Assembly: GCA_002269645.1 (NCBI GenBank) | Contig: NIVC01000870.1 | Coordinates: forward strand, 186,001-250,000 | Length of the DNA stretch: 64,000 nt | Reading direction: 5' to 3' | DNA from: Macrostomum lignano | Lineage: Eukaryota | Shown here: piece by piece, positions 12,255-24,495 of the stretch | Numbering within the stretch: the first letter of the stretch is position 1 | Layout of the letters: every line of letters starts with the position of its first letter | The notes under the pieces: generated by a model | Databases searched by the model: none | Told to the model about the DNA's origin: nothing | Seen by the model: only the letters and a program-made list of their open reading frames with translations | Program-made: the position numbers and the translations under genes

Positions 12255-13235
12255 CGGGATCTGTACTATGACCTTCGACGAAACAACAACCTCAGCCTGT
12301 ATCGAGAATTTTTAGCTGAAGTCGCACAATTTCCTTCTGTGTGCACTTTATGCCGATCAAAAGATTTGGTGAGACAAAGATAAATGCTTTGTAATGAAAT
12401 TTTTAATGTGAAGAGCTTTTCATTTATCAGAAATATTACAGTCTTTGACTTAGGGACCCATCCTGCACGGCGACGCGCTAATGGGGTGGAGGCGTCGAGC
12501 TGCTGTAGGAGCGGAGATTTTCCAGGACCCTCTGGACGCAGATCTGCCGTTTCCATTTGCGCGTGTTGATCTGTCTGGACAAGCCATTGCACCTGCACGC
12601 GGCGCTTGCCCGAACTGGACTGCAGGAAAAACATCTTAAATTTGTCGTGCATCCTCAAAGCTGGACGTCAAAGTCTTTTTTATTGTTGCCTGTCGCCATG
12701 GGTTAATCTGGTCGTGCTCTGATGTGCGCACTCCTGGAGAGCGGTGTGTTATGTGTTGTTTTTTTATTTTATTGTGCCTTCACGGTAAGAAATGACTAAC
12801 ATAAAATATTTTTGGCTCTTTTAACTGATGCAAATTAGCTTCTTATTTTCTATATTTAGTCTCATCTACCCTACAACTCTACTGCGAGCAGCAGTGCAGC
12901 GTCTTGGCGTCCAGGAGTCCGTGACGTTTGTGTATGATGTCGCGTGTAAAATTGGAAGCAAAGTGAAATCAAAGCTTGCCGTGCCGGTTTTTCACGCTTA
13001 TGGCCACGAGTCTAAATGCCGTGTAAGTTCAGCTAGAAGTGTTTCTTGGTTGTTAAACCTACGGTCGTATCTCTATAATGTAATGAGTAATTACTTAATC
13101 CTTTCCTTCCAATTTAGCTGAACAACTCAATCCGCGTTACCTCTGGAACTGGCATCACCGACGGCGAGATCTGCGAACGCATTTTTTCGTTTTTATGTCC
13201 CTACGGGCGCATATTAAAAGAGATGCGGATCGACC
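12255..13235 (+). pseudogene. Intron-containing KDZ (Kyakuja-Dileera-Zisupton) transposase fragment
   Basis: Exons 12255-12368, 12454-12743, 12860-13022 and 13118-~13235 join in frame over GT-AG introns. Motifs CTLC, LHGDALMGWRR, LDVK..ACRHG, GERLIYP, YDVACK, FHAYGH, TDGEICER. One TAA at 12637-12639. Confidence 0.8.
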
Positions 13236-13843
13236 GGCGAAATCCCATTAAATCCACCCATATTATCCCTGACAGAATCAGAAAAAAGGGGGGACGCACT
13301 TGCTCTGAAAACTTCGAACATAATCCTCCTAAATCGATCCATATTATCCCTGACAGAATCAGAGCATAACAGGTGTCCTACATAATCCACTGACATCCAC
13401 CCATAGCATCTTCGAAACAATAAGAAAATAATCTGCATTCTCCCCACATTCAATTCGCAACGCGAAACCAGATCCCTAAGACTTTAAATCATCAGCGCAG
13501 GGTGCTCATCCTCCGAAAAAAATAAATTCTCGATAAAATTGCTTCCAATCGTCTCCAGGTTCTTATTACAAAGCGCACGATCCTAATTACAGGAGTAAGT
13601 ACCAATGCAAACTAGAATGCAGTGAGTACATGAGAAAATATTGGACCGACCACACAATAAATGTCCCTAATATTAATCTAGCTCTCCAAAGACACTGGTT
13701 TCTTAAGTATGGAGTAACCTACGTAAAAGATTACGACAGCTACTATAACTTTGCAGAAATCATTAAGCAATTGTATTTTTTTCTCACATTCTCTCAGTGA
13801 TCAACGTCAATACAAACTTCACCGTTGAAATCAACACCCATCC
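13236..13843 (-). mobile_element. Inverted second copy of the Polinton-like end (penton 3' tip plus subterminal region)
   Basis: Its reverse complement matches about 50110-50760, including GGTGTTGATTTCAACGGTGAAG of the penton gene and the 81-bp repeat. Confidence 0.85.
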
Positions 13844-13910
13844 TGTTCTGTTCATTAAGGTATGAACAGAAAGCCAGAGCTGCTGCTAGAGAGGAGACCT
13901 GGTGTTGAGC

Positions 13911-14309
13911 CTAGACCTTCTTGATTCCTAGGATCTTCCCGCCCTGTGAGGCAGGAGCAGCCGGAGGACCGGAGACGGTCACTGTCTGGCGCGAGCTGCC
14001 AGCCGATGTTGTGACCACCGTCGAAGCGGGCGTTGTCGGGATAGAGACGCCCACGGTGGCCTGGCTTGCAGCTGCAGCATCAGCAACAAAGCTGCGAATG
14101 CTGTCGAGGGTGGTGGCTTGACTGCGCAGCTGGTTAGCCATTCCAGCCACAACAATCTCTAGCTTGGCCACCTTAGCATCGACTCTGTCGACCTTGTCCC
14201 TAACCTCTTTGGTGAGGGTTAGGAGCTCACTCTCTTCGTCCACATCAACGGGAGGGTACTCCTCAATGTGGCGCTTGACACCACCTGGCTGGGTCCGCAC
14301 CCCAATCCT
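13911..14309 (-). other. Unassigned ORF/exon: coiled-coil followed by an Ala/Ser/Thr/Pro-rich tail
   Basis: 129-aa ORF with heptad-like LTKEVRDKVDRVDAKVAKLEIVVAGMANQL; GC-richer than its flanks. Confidence 0.35.
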
Positions 14310-14409
14310 AGAGAAGATCCTGTCCTCTCTTGGTGTGCCGGACGGTTGCCCTCCAAAGAGGAAGGTCTGGGCAATACGATTTTAAGCACATAACAAAACG
14401 TACAAGCTA

Positions 14410-14643
14410 AAGGCCAAACGGTTCAAGTTGGCAAGTTCCCAAACTTCAAAAATCAGATCACCAATCATGAAGATCTTCGAAGTAATCACCGTTCCGTTGA
14501 ATGCACTTGTCATACCGCATCGGCAGCTCTTCGATCCATCCTAACCACGTGTCTCTAGGAGTCGCTCTGATGAGCCCCTCAACAGCCGTTTGCAGCTCGG
14601 GGAAGCTAGCGAACCTTTTGCCTTTCAGCTGCGCCTTGACGTG
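14410..14643 (-). pseudogene. Mariner transposase C-terminal fragment with probable 3' end
   Basis: Manual translation HVKAQLKGKRFASFPELQTAVEGLIRATPRDTWLGWIEELPMRYDKCIQRNGDYFE; TA at 14408-14409. Confidence 0.8.
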
Positions 14644-14742
14644 AGTAGTAGTATGTTATAAGGGGCTGTGCCACACTTATTGCTCGGGCGCATTGCGCGC
14701 CAGCTCGCTGGATGACTCAGCCCCTTATAACATACTACTACT
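14644..14742. repeat. 99-bp element with perfect 25-bp terminal inverted repeats
   Basis: AGTAGTAGTATGTTATAAGGGGCTG (14644-14668) and CAGCCCCTTATAACATACTACTACT (14718-14742). Confidence 0.85.
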
Positions 14743-15414
14743 ACCAGGAGGTCAGAGTTGCAAGTGTGTGTGATAAATATGAAAATATAAAAATATACAT
14801 ATATCTGTGAGTGAGGGTGTTGAGGGTGAGGGCATGTGGGGGGCATTGGCATGTGGAATATTTCACAGAACACAGATTTTCCGGATTTTTTATACTTTTT
14901 AAAAAGGAGGGTGCCCTCACCCTCATGCCCTCACTCATTTTGAAAATCACTAAAAAGAAGTGAAAAATGACTAAAAACAGGTAAAAATGGTCTGAAAACA
15001 GCGATTTTTTGTAATTTTCAAAAATTTAGAAAAAGTGCATTTTTCACGATTCCAGCTCTAAAACCATGAGAAAAGTTGGATTCACGGGTCAATTCAATGC
15101 AATTTCAGGTATATACAATATGAAAGTGTCATCCAATTAAACGATAGTAAATTTTTTATATATAAAATGGCCTTCAGTAAACCAATATTTCTTGGAAATG
15201 CTTTAGATATTCAGTCAGCTATAACAAAACTACCACCCATCTTCTCCACAGGAAAATATCCTGGCGAATTTCATATTCCAGGGTATTCTTTCGCAAGCCA
15301 ACAGCTCTCAATGCTGATGATGTATCAGATCCCCGTAACGTGGCACATTTTTGTCTATTTTTAGAACTAGAAAAAATGAATGAAGCAAACACAAAAGACT
15401 CTCAGACACATGAC

Positions 15415-17580
15415 AAACGACAAAAGGACGCGCAGAGTGATACGATGGATGAGGCAAAACACAGAACAAGGATGACAAGGTGGATGAGGCAACGAAAGCA
15501 GAGCAGAGGCACGGAACAGAAGCACAGTCCGGACAACTGCGGGCAGACGACGACAAGCGTCAAGGGCGGCGGGACACGGCGCGGCGCGCCAACAGACAGG
15601 CAGGAGGCAACCGGCGCAGGAGCGCCCAAGGCGGAGACACGGCGCGGCGCGCCAAGGCGGGAGAACGGCGCCACGCGCCAGGCAGAGGACGGCGCAGGAG
15701 CGCCCAAGGCAGGAGGACGGCGCAGCGCGCCAAGGCAGGAGACGGCACCACGTGCCAGGCGGAGAACGGCGCAGCGCGCCAGGCAGAAGACGACGCAGGA
15801 GCGCCCAAGGCAGGAGACGCGGCGCGGCGCGCCAAGGCGGGAGAACGGCGCAGCGCGCCAAGGCAGAGGATGGCGCAGCGCGCCCAAGGCAGGAGAACGG
15901 CGCCACGCGCCAAGGCAGAGAACGGCGCAGCGCGCCAAAAGAGAGCGGCGCCACGCGCCAAGGCAGAGAACGGCGCAGCGCGCCAAAAGAGAGCGGCGCC
16001 ACGCGCCAAAGGCAGAGAGAGCGTGCGTGCGGTGTGTGTGTGTATTGCTTACTTTTATCCCACAGAATTTGTCTAATAGCTATATCATGAAATTTGCGAA
16101 ATTTGACCAAAAACTGCACCTAATTTTCGACGAAGGTGACGCTGCTGCACTCGTCAATGAGCTGAGCAGTGTCGCGCTGTACTGAGCTAATGAGCTGAGC
16201 TAGCTATGTTCTTATATATGCATAATTTTTTTCAAGAGTTTTCAATGGCTTTTTTCAGTTTTTCTTTTGTTTTTGAGTTTAAGTTGAGGCTAATGTCTTA
16301 TTTAATATTTATGTTTCTGGCGCCGTAGTGTATTTTATAGACTACGGCAACGCCGACCAGGTGCAGTCGGAGTTGGGTGCTGCGATATTATATATATTCT
16401 TGCGTTAGAACAATATCATATTATGCTGTCGGCATATTATGCTAATTATGCTAGTGTTTTATTTTATTTATTTATGGTTTAGACGTTCTTATACATATTA
16501 TCGACTATGGAAATACCGACCGGGCGCAGTCGGGGTTGGTGCGGTCTACAGGTGCCGCAGGAACCTGTGGCCGACAGGTGCCACAGGAGGTAGTTTTACG
16601 CCTTGCCCGGGGCGTGAGCTTGTGTGGTTTATAGCTATATATTTTACTTTATTTTTTTTAGTTAACTATACATATTATCAAATTGTAATGTCGCTGCAGT
16701 TTATCCCATTGACTACGGTGGTTGGCTGTTGGCTGGTACAGCTGTGGAAGTTGTGCACACTTTAGTATCTGGCAGTGAGTAACAGCTGTGGCTTGTGTTT
16801 TGTGGCTTGCGGCTGGCAGATGCCGCAGGGACCTGTGACCAACAGGTGCCACAGGAGGTAGTTTAACGCCTTGCCAGGGGCGTGAGCTTGCGGTCTACAG
16901 GTGCCACAGGAGGTAGTTTAACGCCTCTCCCGGGGCGCGAGCTTGCGGTCTACAGGTGCCGCAGAGACCTGTGGCCGGCAGGTGCCACAGGAGGTAGTTT
17001 AACGCCTTGCCCGGGACGTGACTAATTAGTGCTTGCTTCCCCACTGCTGGAGCAGGTCGGACACTTGACAGGTCCGGTACCTGACAGGTGGGCGGATGGG
17101 GCGCCCGTATCTGGATCTGGGTTCAGCAGCCGGGACTGGCGGTTCAACTGCTTGCGCAGCGGCTGGGTTCGCAACAGGCTCAGGTGGTTCTATTTGCTCG
17201 GAGGCCGGCAGGGAAGGATCCCCCAAGGAAGCCGTGTACAGCGACTCTGAGCTGTCTTGGCTGCGGCTGGTGGCAGTGTCTGTGCTTGGCTGTGGCTATC
17301 CCTCAATGGCCACAGCATCGCCAGCTTCGGCGAATGGTTGGACTTCTTCAGCTTCAGCTCCCGCCCCCTCTTCAAAGGCGCCTGAAGCTGGCGGTGGTGG
17401 GTTTGGCCCTGGTTCTCTGCGTGGGCTCTCCGGCCGGGCAGAAGGTGGCTGGGGAATGGTGACGAGGCTAAGCTCGCTCGTGGGTCCGCTGGGCGGGTTC
17501 GCACTAGGTGCAGGCGATCTGGCATGGGTGGCCTCACCATACCGGTCAACTACGTCTTGGTAAGTGGGCTGTCTAATACA
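15415..17580 (-). mobile_element. Inverted partial copy of LTR element 2 (integrase tail plus 3' region)
   Basis: Reverse complement of 32637-34805. The ORF-track translations are identical at the integrase end and differ in the GC-rich array. Confidence 0.95.
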
Positions 17581-18272
17581 GTCTTGGACACTAAAGTTAA
17601 GAAAGCTAAGCTAATGAAAAGCTTTGCTAGGCTATATTATACCTATAACTATACTTGGGTTTATAAGCTATGAGCAAAATTTAAAGGCCAGTTGGGCAAA
17701 GCAAATTATAAATATAGAAAGCAATTGCTTTTTTTAAATATAAGACCTAGCATAGCCAAGGCCTGCTCCTTAATATTCCAATTAATAATTGATCATATTG
17801 GCTAAATAACTTAGCTAATTGCTAATATTCCAATAATAATAGGCCTAATAATAATAATAATAAAAATATTATATTAATAATAATATTTTTGCACTTTTTG
17901 CAGCACTATTATTATTATACAAAAAAGTCAATTTAGACCTACCCTACCCACTTGGCTACAAGGCAATAGGCCTAAGGCAAGGCTGCTACCACAGCCAACC
18001 AGGTTATATTAAATTTACAGGTAATATCTTATAAAGCCAGCCTTACATGCCACCTCTCTATCCAATCTATAGTCCATATATAATAGACCAACTCTATGAT
18101 ATAGATTATACTTATAAAGTCATCATATCACACAACAGAGGCACAACACAAGACTAGGCTTAGGTAGGTCTACAATACAATAGGGGCTCCCATACTGCCA
18201 GGTTATGTTGCAGCAACGTTGACATTGTTGCACGTTCGATGCAAAAAATCCAAACGTTGCTGCAATATTGAC

Positions 18273-18448
18273 ATCAACATAAAAATGGCTGTCACGATAA
18301 AAACAAAACAGAAGTTAAATTGATACATAGAGCTTATATATAATATAAAAAGCAAAAGGAAAACTTTTGTTACCTTTAAATTGTATTATATACATAGAAC
18401 TAACCAAAAATTGAAATCGTCAGAAATACATTTTAAATTACATTTTTG
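18273..18448 (+). repeat. Left copy of the 176-bp direct repeat flanking the LINE (right copy 20792-20967)
   Basis: ATCAACATAAAAATGGCTG...AAATTACATTTTTG, identical by eye on both sides. Confidence 0.95.
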
Positions 18449-20791
18449 TATAAAATGGTGGTCTTTATCCCCAAGCCTGGCCGACCGGACTACCGGTCCA
18501 TTAAATTCTTCAGACCAATTAGCCTCACCTCCTCTTTGGTGAAGCTGTTAGAGAGACTGGTGCTCTGGCGCCTCCTCTCTGTGGAACTGAAGAACAAGCC
18601 GCTCAGTGAGAACCAGCACGCCTTTCGGGCAGGCAGGTCCACAGAGAGCGCGCTTCACGTTTTGGTTGACATGCTGGAGAAAGCCATTCTTGGTAATGGC
18701 TACGCTCTAGCTTTCTTCCTTGACATTGTTGGAGCCTTCGATAATGTCCTCTTTGAGGCTTTTGACAGAGCTCTACGTGCTAGAGGAACCCACTCGCACC
18801 TCACCCGGTGGATCATGTATATGATCAGCCACCGTACTGCCACCGCACACCTGTTAAGCCACCAACGGACGGTAACCGTCTGCAAAGGCAGCCCGGGGCG
18901 GTGTCCTCTCTCCAGTTCTCTGGAACATGGTCATCGATGAGCTCCTCCAGGACAGCCATCTTGACCCCATCCTCAAGGTCGGTTACGCCGATGATGTCAC
19001 AGCCGTGGCATCCGGACCGTCACCTGAAACCCTTAGGGATCTTCTGCAAAACTTTATTAGCTTTGCTGAACGATGGGCGGACAGGTGCGGCCTCAGGCTC
19101 TCTGAGACCAAAACTGTCGCGATCATGTTCACCAGCAGGGTAAACTGGCGTATTCGCCCACTAAAGCTTTACGGGGTGGAAATTCCATCCTGCAAGCAAA
19201 CCAAGTGTCTCGGCATTATGCTGGACCACCGGCTGAGCTGGTCCACCCACGTCCAGGCCAAAACCAAAAAAGCCCTCGCGATTCTTGCGCAGCTGCGCAG
19301 AGCCGTCGGCACCACCTGGGGCCTCACACCAAAACGGCTCTGGTGGATCTATACCGCAATGGTCCGACCGGCCGGTACTTACGCCGGCCTGGTCTGGACC
19401 AGCGCCTTGCAGATTAAAACCTGCTACGAAGCCCTCAAAAAGGTGCAGGGACGTGCGTGCTGCATGATCCTGAATGCCCCGCTCTCTGCTCCCTTTGACG
19501 GCCTCAACGCCTTTCTTTGCCTCCCGCCTCTGGACATCTTTGTCCGTCGCGAGGCAGCTAAAACCACCCGCCGGCTCATCGAGGCTGGCGTTAGCTTCAA
19601 GCCACAAAGAGCGATGGCGAAGCGCAAGCTCCTGCCGCACTGACCTGTGCCTTAAAGTTCTGGAGGAGAGTGGGAGTGCGGCTGTCCTTTCGGACGCTGA
19701 GCCGCGCTCCCTCAGTCTCTACCAATGCTTCAAGGTCACTATCCCCTCCAGGGAGAACGCCAACGACAGCTGGGCCCCTCAGGAGGTTCACTGCTTCACT
19801 GATGGATCCTCCAAAGACGGTTTATCCGGCTTTGGAGTCTGCATCCTTATCAACGGCCGCGTGATTGCTACTCACGCCCAGCACACTGGCAGACTCTCCA
19901 GCGTCTTCCAGAATGAAGTCCTTGCCATCAGCTCCTGTGCAGCTGAGCTCCACTGCAGGGACTTCAAGGACAGAATAATCTTCTTCCACTCTGACAGCCA
20001 GGCCGCTTTACAGGCCCTGTGTCACACCACTACGAACTCCCGAACAGTCCGCGACTGTATCGGGCAGCTCAACAAGCTGGCTCGGAGGAACACCGTCCGG
20101 CTTACGTGGATCCCAGGACACGCCGGCTTCAAAGGTAACGAGCTCGCCAACTCCCTCGCTAAGGCAGGCTGTTCCGGCTCGCCCCTTGGCCCCGTGCCCC
20201 TGGCCCCCATCCCCGCCACAGTCATTAATCGTCAGATTAACGACTGGCCGGACATCCTACACTTGCGCAGATGGGATGGTATTTCCAACTGCCGCCAATC
20301 TCGTGTGGCAGTGCCCAATCCGTCCCTCAAGCTGCGGAGAATCCTTTTGAACCAAAATCGAAAAGATATCCGCGCTCTCACTATGACCTTCATAGGTCAC
20401 GGTTGCTTTGCCAGGCACTGTTTCCTCCGAAGTGCCCGCCGGAGCAAACTCTGCCCTTTCTGCAACCTCGAGAACGAAGACGCCAAGCACTTCGTCTGCT
20501 ACTGCCCGGCCTTCAACCGAGACCGGCTCAATCACCTCGGGCCCAACCCGTCCCTGGACGACGTTTGCCGGCCCGAGAACATCCCACGGCTCATCCGGTT
20601 CCTCCGGGCCACCAAGCGAGCCTCCGTCTTCCCCACCGAAGATAACGCTGCAGACAGGACCGGCAGACCTCCCTGACCGGCCCCGCGCCCTAGCCTATGC
20701 GGGTCTTTCAGGGATTAGCGGAATGGGCGACGCTCGCCTCCCCGCTGCGTCTTCGGACCGCCCTGCAGCTAAGTCAAGTCAAGTAAGACAT
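18449..20791 (+). mobile_element. 5'-truncated non-LTR retrotransposon with RT, RNase H and C-terminal CCHC (LOA/Lian-like, I group)
   Basis: VVFIPKPG..FRPISL, VGYADD, GTTWGL, FTDGS..NEVLAI..HSDSQAAL..WIPGH, CPFCNLENEDAKHFVCYC. Frameshifts near 18895 and 19640; AAGTC-repeat tail. Confidence 0.92.
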
Positions 20792-23753
20792 ATCAACATA
20801 AAAATGGCTGTCACGATAAAAACAAAACAGAAGTTAAATTGATACATAGAGCTTATATATAATATAAAAAGCAAAAGGAAAACTTTTGTTACCTTTAAAT
20901 TGTATTATATACATAGAACTAACCAAAAATTGAAATCGTCAGAAATACATTTTAAATTACATTTTTGATAGTTAATTTTTTCACTTGTGAAATAAAAACC
21001 TAGCTCTTAGACTCTTAGAGGAGTATCTAAAATTGACTTCTATAAATGATATTATTGGTCAAACAGGCTATTTTATGCAAGTCAAAACTCTTATTAAACC
21101 TATTGCTTCAAATAAAATGCAGCACAAAATGTAGCACACCATTTTAGCCACTGGAACATAAAATGTTTCACATTTTGTCTGATGTTCCTTGCCCTACTTT
21201 ATTAGAAATTTTTGGCTAAAGTCAAAAATAGTTAGCATTCTCCCTAAAAGATTTTTATAGTGAGCAGTGACCATTTTGTCTTCTAAAATTCTAAAGCTTA
21301 TTATAATGCACTGTCTATTATAGCCTTTTAGTCTCATATTCAATATATATAAGGTTTAACATAGTAACCCCACAGTTTAGGCCATAGGCCTAGGCTCAAG
21401 TCTAGCTATGAATCTTAGTATTGTTGAAAAATTATTTTTTAACTCAATTGCACTAAGAAATGGTGTATGTTTTTTTTCTATTTATACTAGAAAATGTAAA
21501 AACCAATACCATTGGCAATGGCTTTTATAGGCCTATCCATTGGGCCAAATTTTTTTATTATTTCTATTTATAAGCAGGCCTAAGCTTAGCTTTGTCCTGA
21601 AATATGCAATTATTTAACCTAAGGATTGAATTTTTGTTATATAGCAATATTAGCTAGTCCTAGGCCTCTATTTAATCCTAAGTCATTATTGTAGATTTTG
21701 GTATTTTAATAGTTTTTCTACCTTTTTAATTGTCAATAGCAGAGATTTACTTTTTTCTCTTTTCTTTAGCTCTTTATATACTTGGCTTGTTATCTATTGT
21801 CCTTTTATTTCTAATCCTTTTCCTTTTAAAGGTCTCTTTAAAATTTCTTAAATCTTTATGCTTTCTATATGGTATCTCTATTTATTTTTTCTAGGATTTT
21901 ATATTTAAATTTAGTCTTTATTACTAATAAAATAGCAGACTTAGTCTAGTAAATTGTATTGTGAATATGCTATCAATTATAGAAATTCTCAACTTGTCTG
22001 ACAAAAGCACTATTAGTGCTTTATCTGTTTGCCAGACTTTGCATAATTTAATAATTTGTACTTGTTTGTTCCCAATTTTTCAGATGCCATTTGGGCCACC
22101 ATTTGCCATGTCAATGCCAATGCAATTGCAATCAAGCAGGCAATCAGCAATTTCCTATGACATGCCCAGCTAGGGTACGGTAGAGATGGCTTTGGCAACA
22201 ACTACATGTACATATCTAGGCAGAATCAGCAGATAAGGATCCACAACAACAGCAGAGGACAGTAAAGGCAATAAGACGGCAGCATCAGTTGATTTTGAAG
22301 ATGAAGAAGACTGTGATTAAGTGCATTGTCTGCTCACTCACCTACAAACTATTGCTCACATGCTGTGCCATACCCACTACTGTGCCAATCAATAATACAA
22401 GCATTAATAAACACTCACTAATGTTTTGCAGTCTGCACTATACGTTGGTGGGACCACTTAATATAAAATTAAAACCACTTGCCTAAGAAATTGCGCATAT
22501 ATGACTGCTGCTTGTTTCTTTCTTTCATACATGTACCTGTTGCAGCATATGCAGGCATATGCAGGGGGTATGACTTATATGAGTAGGCTCTGGGAAAGAA
22601 ATCAAGGAATGTTGCAACGTCAATGTTGACAATGTTGCTGGTGACAATGTTGAGTGTCAATGTTGCTACATACGTTACACAACGTTGTCATGCAACATTG
22701 TCATTGGTTGACATTGCAACATTGCCTTTTAAAATATCAACATTGCTATAACGTTGCTGCGATGTAACTGGCAGAGTGGGGCTAGGCTACTGAAACTGGA
22801 ATTAAAAGCAATAAAATACTATTATTAGAAAAATTATTTGGTTAGCTTTTACAGGCTTAGCGTTTAATTAATGCTGATTATAAATACTTTATGATGAGTT
22901 CATAACTATTACAAGTCAAGCAGAGAGAGCTATACTTCAGGCCATATGGCTAACTTATGTTTATAGAAAACATGGCGGACATTTTGCAGCATTTTTGCTC
23001 AAAGCAAATCCTAATATATCACTTAAACAAATTATAAACATTTTCCTTAAAAATGCTACTAAAACAAATCTTTACAACATTTGGCTAATTTTATTGCAAT
23101 ATTCCCAATTTCATCACAATCTGGGTGTCTTGGGATTGTTCAAGCCAATCTTCTTTTTAGTGCTGTGCTTCTGATTTTCAGATTTGAAGCAATAAAATTA
23201 TATCCCCATGTTCAGCATTTCAAGCTCTTTCAGGCAATATAATTATCTCATTCCAATCTAAAAAACTTGAAGCACAATCAACGAATGAAAATCATAGCTA
23301 CACTTGAAAGCCTGCAAAATAAGTCATTGAATTTCTCTCCTTGACCATTGCCGAAGCTAAATTTTGACACCACTCCGCAGCTAGGGGTACACACACCTTT
23401 GCACATTGCCAAGTGAGCCAACAAACCCCCATTCCTTTCTGCACACAAATCAGCCTAGCTAAATGAAATACACTAGAGAGATAGGCCAGATTGCTGATGC
23501 AACCTCAATCAAGTCAGCCAAATTGGCAGTCAGGAAGCCTTTCCTTCAACTGACCACGGAAATTCCGTGGCAAAAAGTTGTTTTCTGCTAATTAAATACC
23601 CTTTGCATTATCAGAAATTCTAGCAAAATCTGCCAGAAAATTTGCAAGCTATCAGTACAAGACCTGTGAAGATTGGTCTTGTGGTTCATTCTAAAATATG
23701 AACTTCATAAACAAACAAACAGACATAGTTAATTTTAATTATATAGATTTAGA

Positions 23754-24086
23754 TTTTTCAAAGGGTAAAGACCCTGTGCTGATGATTTAAAGTCTTAAGG
23801 ATCTGGTTTCACATTGGGAATTGAATGTGGAGAGAAGAATGCAGATTATTTTCTGATTGTTTTGAAGATGCTATGGGTGGATGTCAATGGATTATGTAGG
23901 ACACCTATTATGCTTTGATTTTGTCAGGGATAATATAGATAGATTTAGGAGGATTATGTTTGAAGTTTTGGGAGCAAGTGCAACCCCCTTTTTTCTGATT
24001 CTGTCAGGGATAATATGGATGGATTTAATGGGATTATGGAGGATATTAAAAAAATTGTCCCAAAAAGCCCCTTCATGCATTCTACT
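23754..24086 (+). mobile_element. Third, more diverged copy of the Polinton-like terminal region
   Basis: Matches about 50435-51068 with fewer 81-bp units and ends at the same ...ATGCATTCTACT. Confidence 0.85.
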
Positions 24087-24267
24087 TCACAAGGTCATTT
24101 TGAAAATAGGCCAGACAGCTATCCACCATTTTGCAACTTATTCTAATCAGGATAATTTTAAATGCTTCTAAAATCAAAATTCTAATATAGTGAATTAAAC
24201 CCTATAGTAAAAACTATTTTCTATGCCTTATTACTAAGCTAATATCTCTTGGCTAGGGAGCACCCCA

Positions 24268-24495
24268 ACTGCCAGCTGGAAAACTGCCAGCCAACAACTG
24301 CCAGTCAACAACTGCCAACCGACAACTGCCAGCCAACAATTGCCAACCAAGAAAACTGCCAGCCAACAACTGCCAGTCGACAATTGTCAGCTGACAACTG
24401 CCAGCCAAAAAAACTGCTAGCCGGAAAACTGCCAGCAGACAACTGCCAGTCAACAACTGCCAGCCAAGAAAACTGCCAGCTGACAAGTTCTAGCT
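24268..24495 (+). repeat. AACTGCCAGC-type short-unit array; inverted counterpart at 25716-25856
   Basis: AACTGCCAGCTGGAAAACTGCCAGCC is present here and as its reverse complement near 25790-25820. Confidence 0.85.

Larger units (their letters stand above)
18189..22780. mobile_element. Non-autonomous CMC/EnSpm-like DNA element, interrupted by a LINE
   Basis: Imperfect TIRs CCCATACTGCCAG.../...CTGGCAGAGTGGG, subterminal AACGTTG/AACATTG repeats, and GCT on both flanks (3-bp TSD). Confidence 0.6.

Noticed and set aside
15340-16185. Arg/Ala-rich ORFs on both strands (and mirrors at 34088-34932)
   Set aside because: They are open in most frames because of the GC-rich minisatellite, and the frames differ between the two copies.
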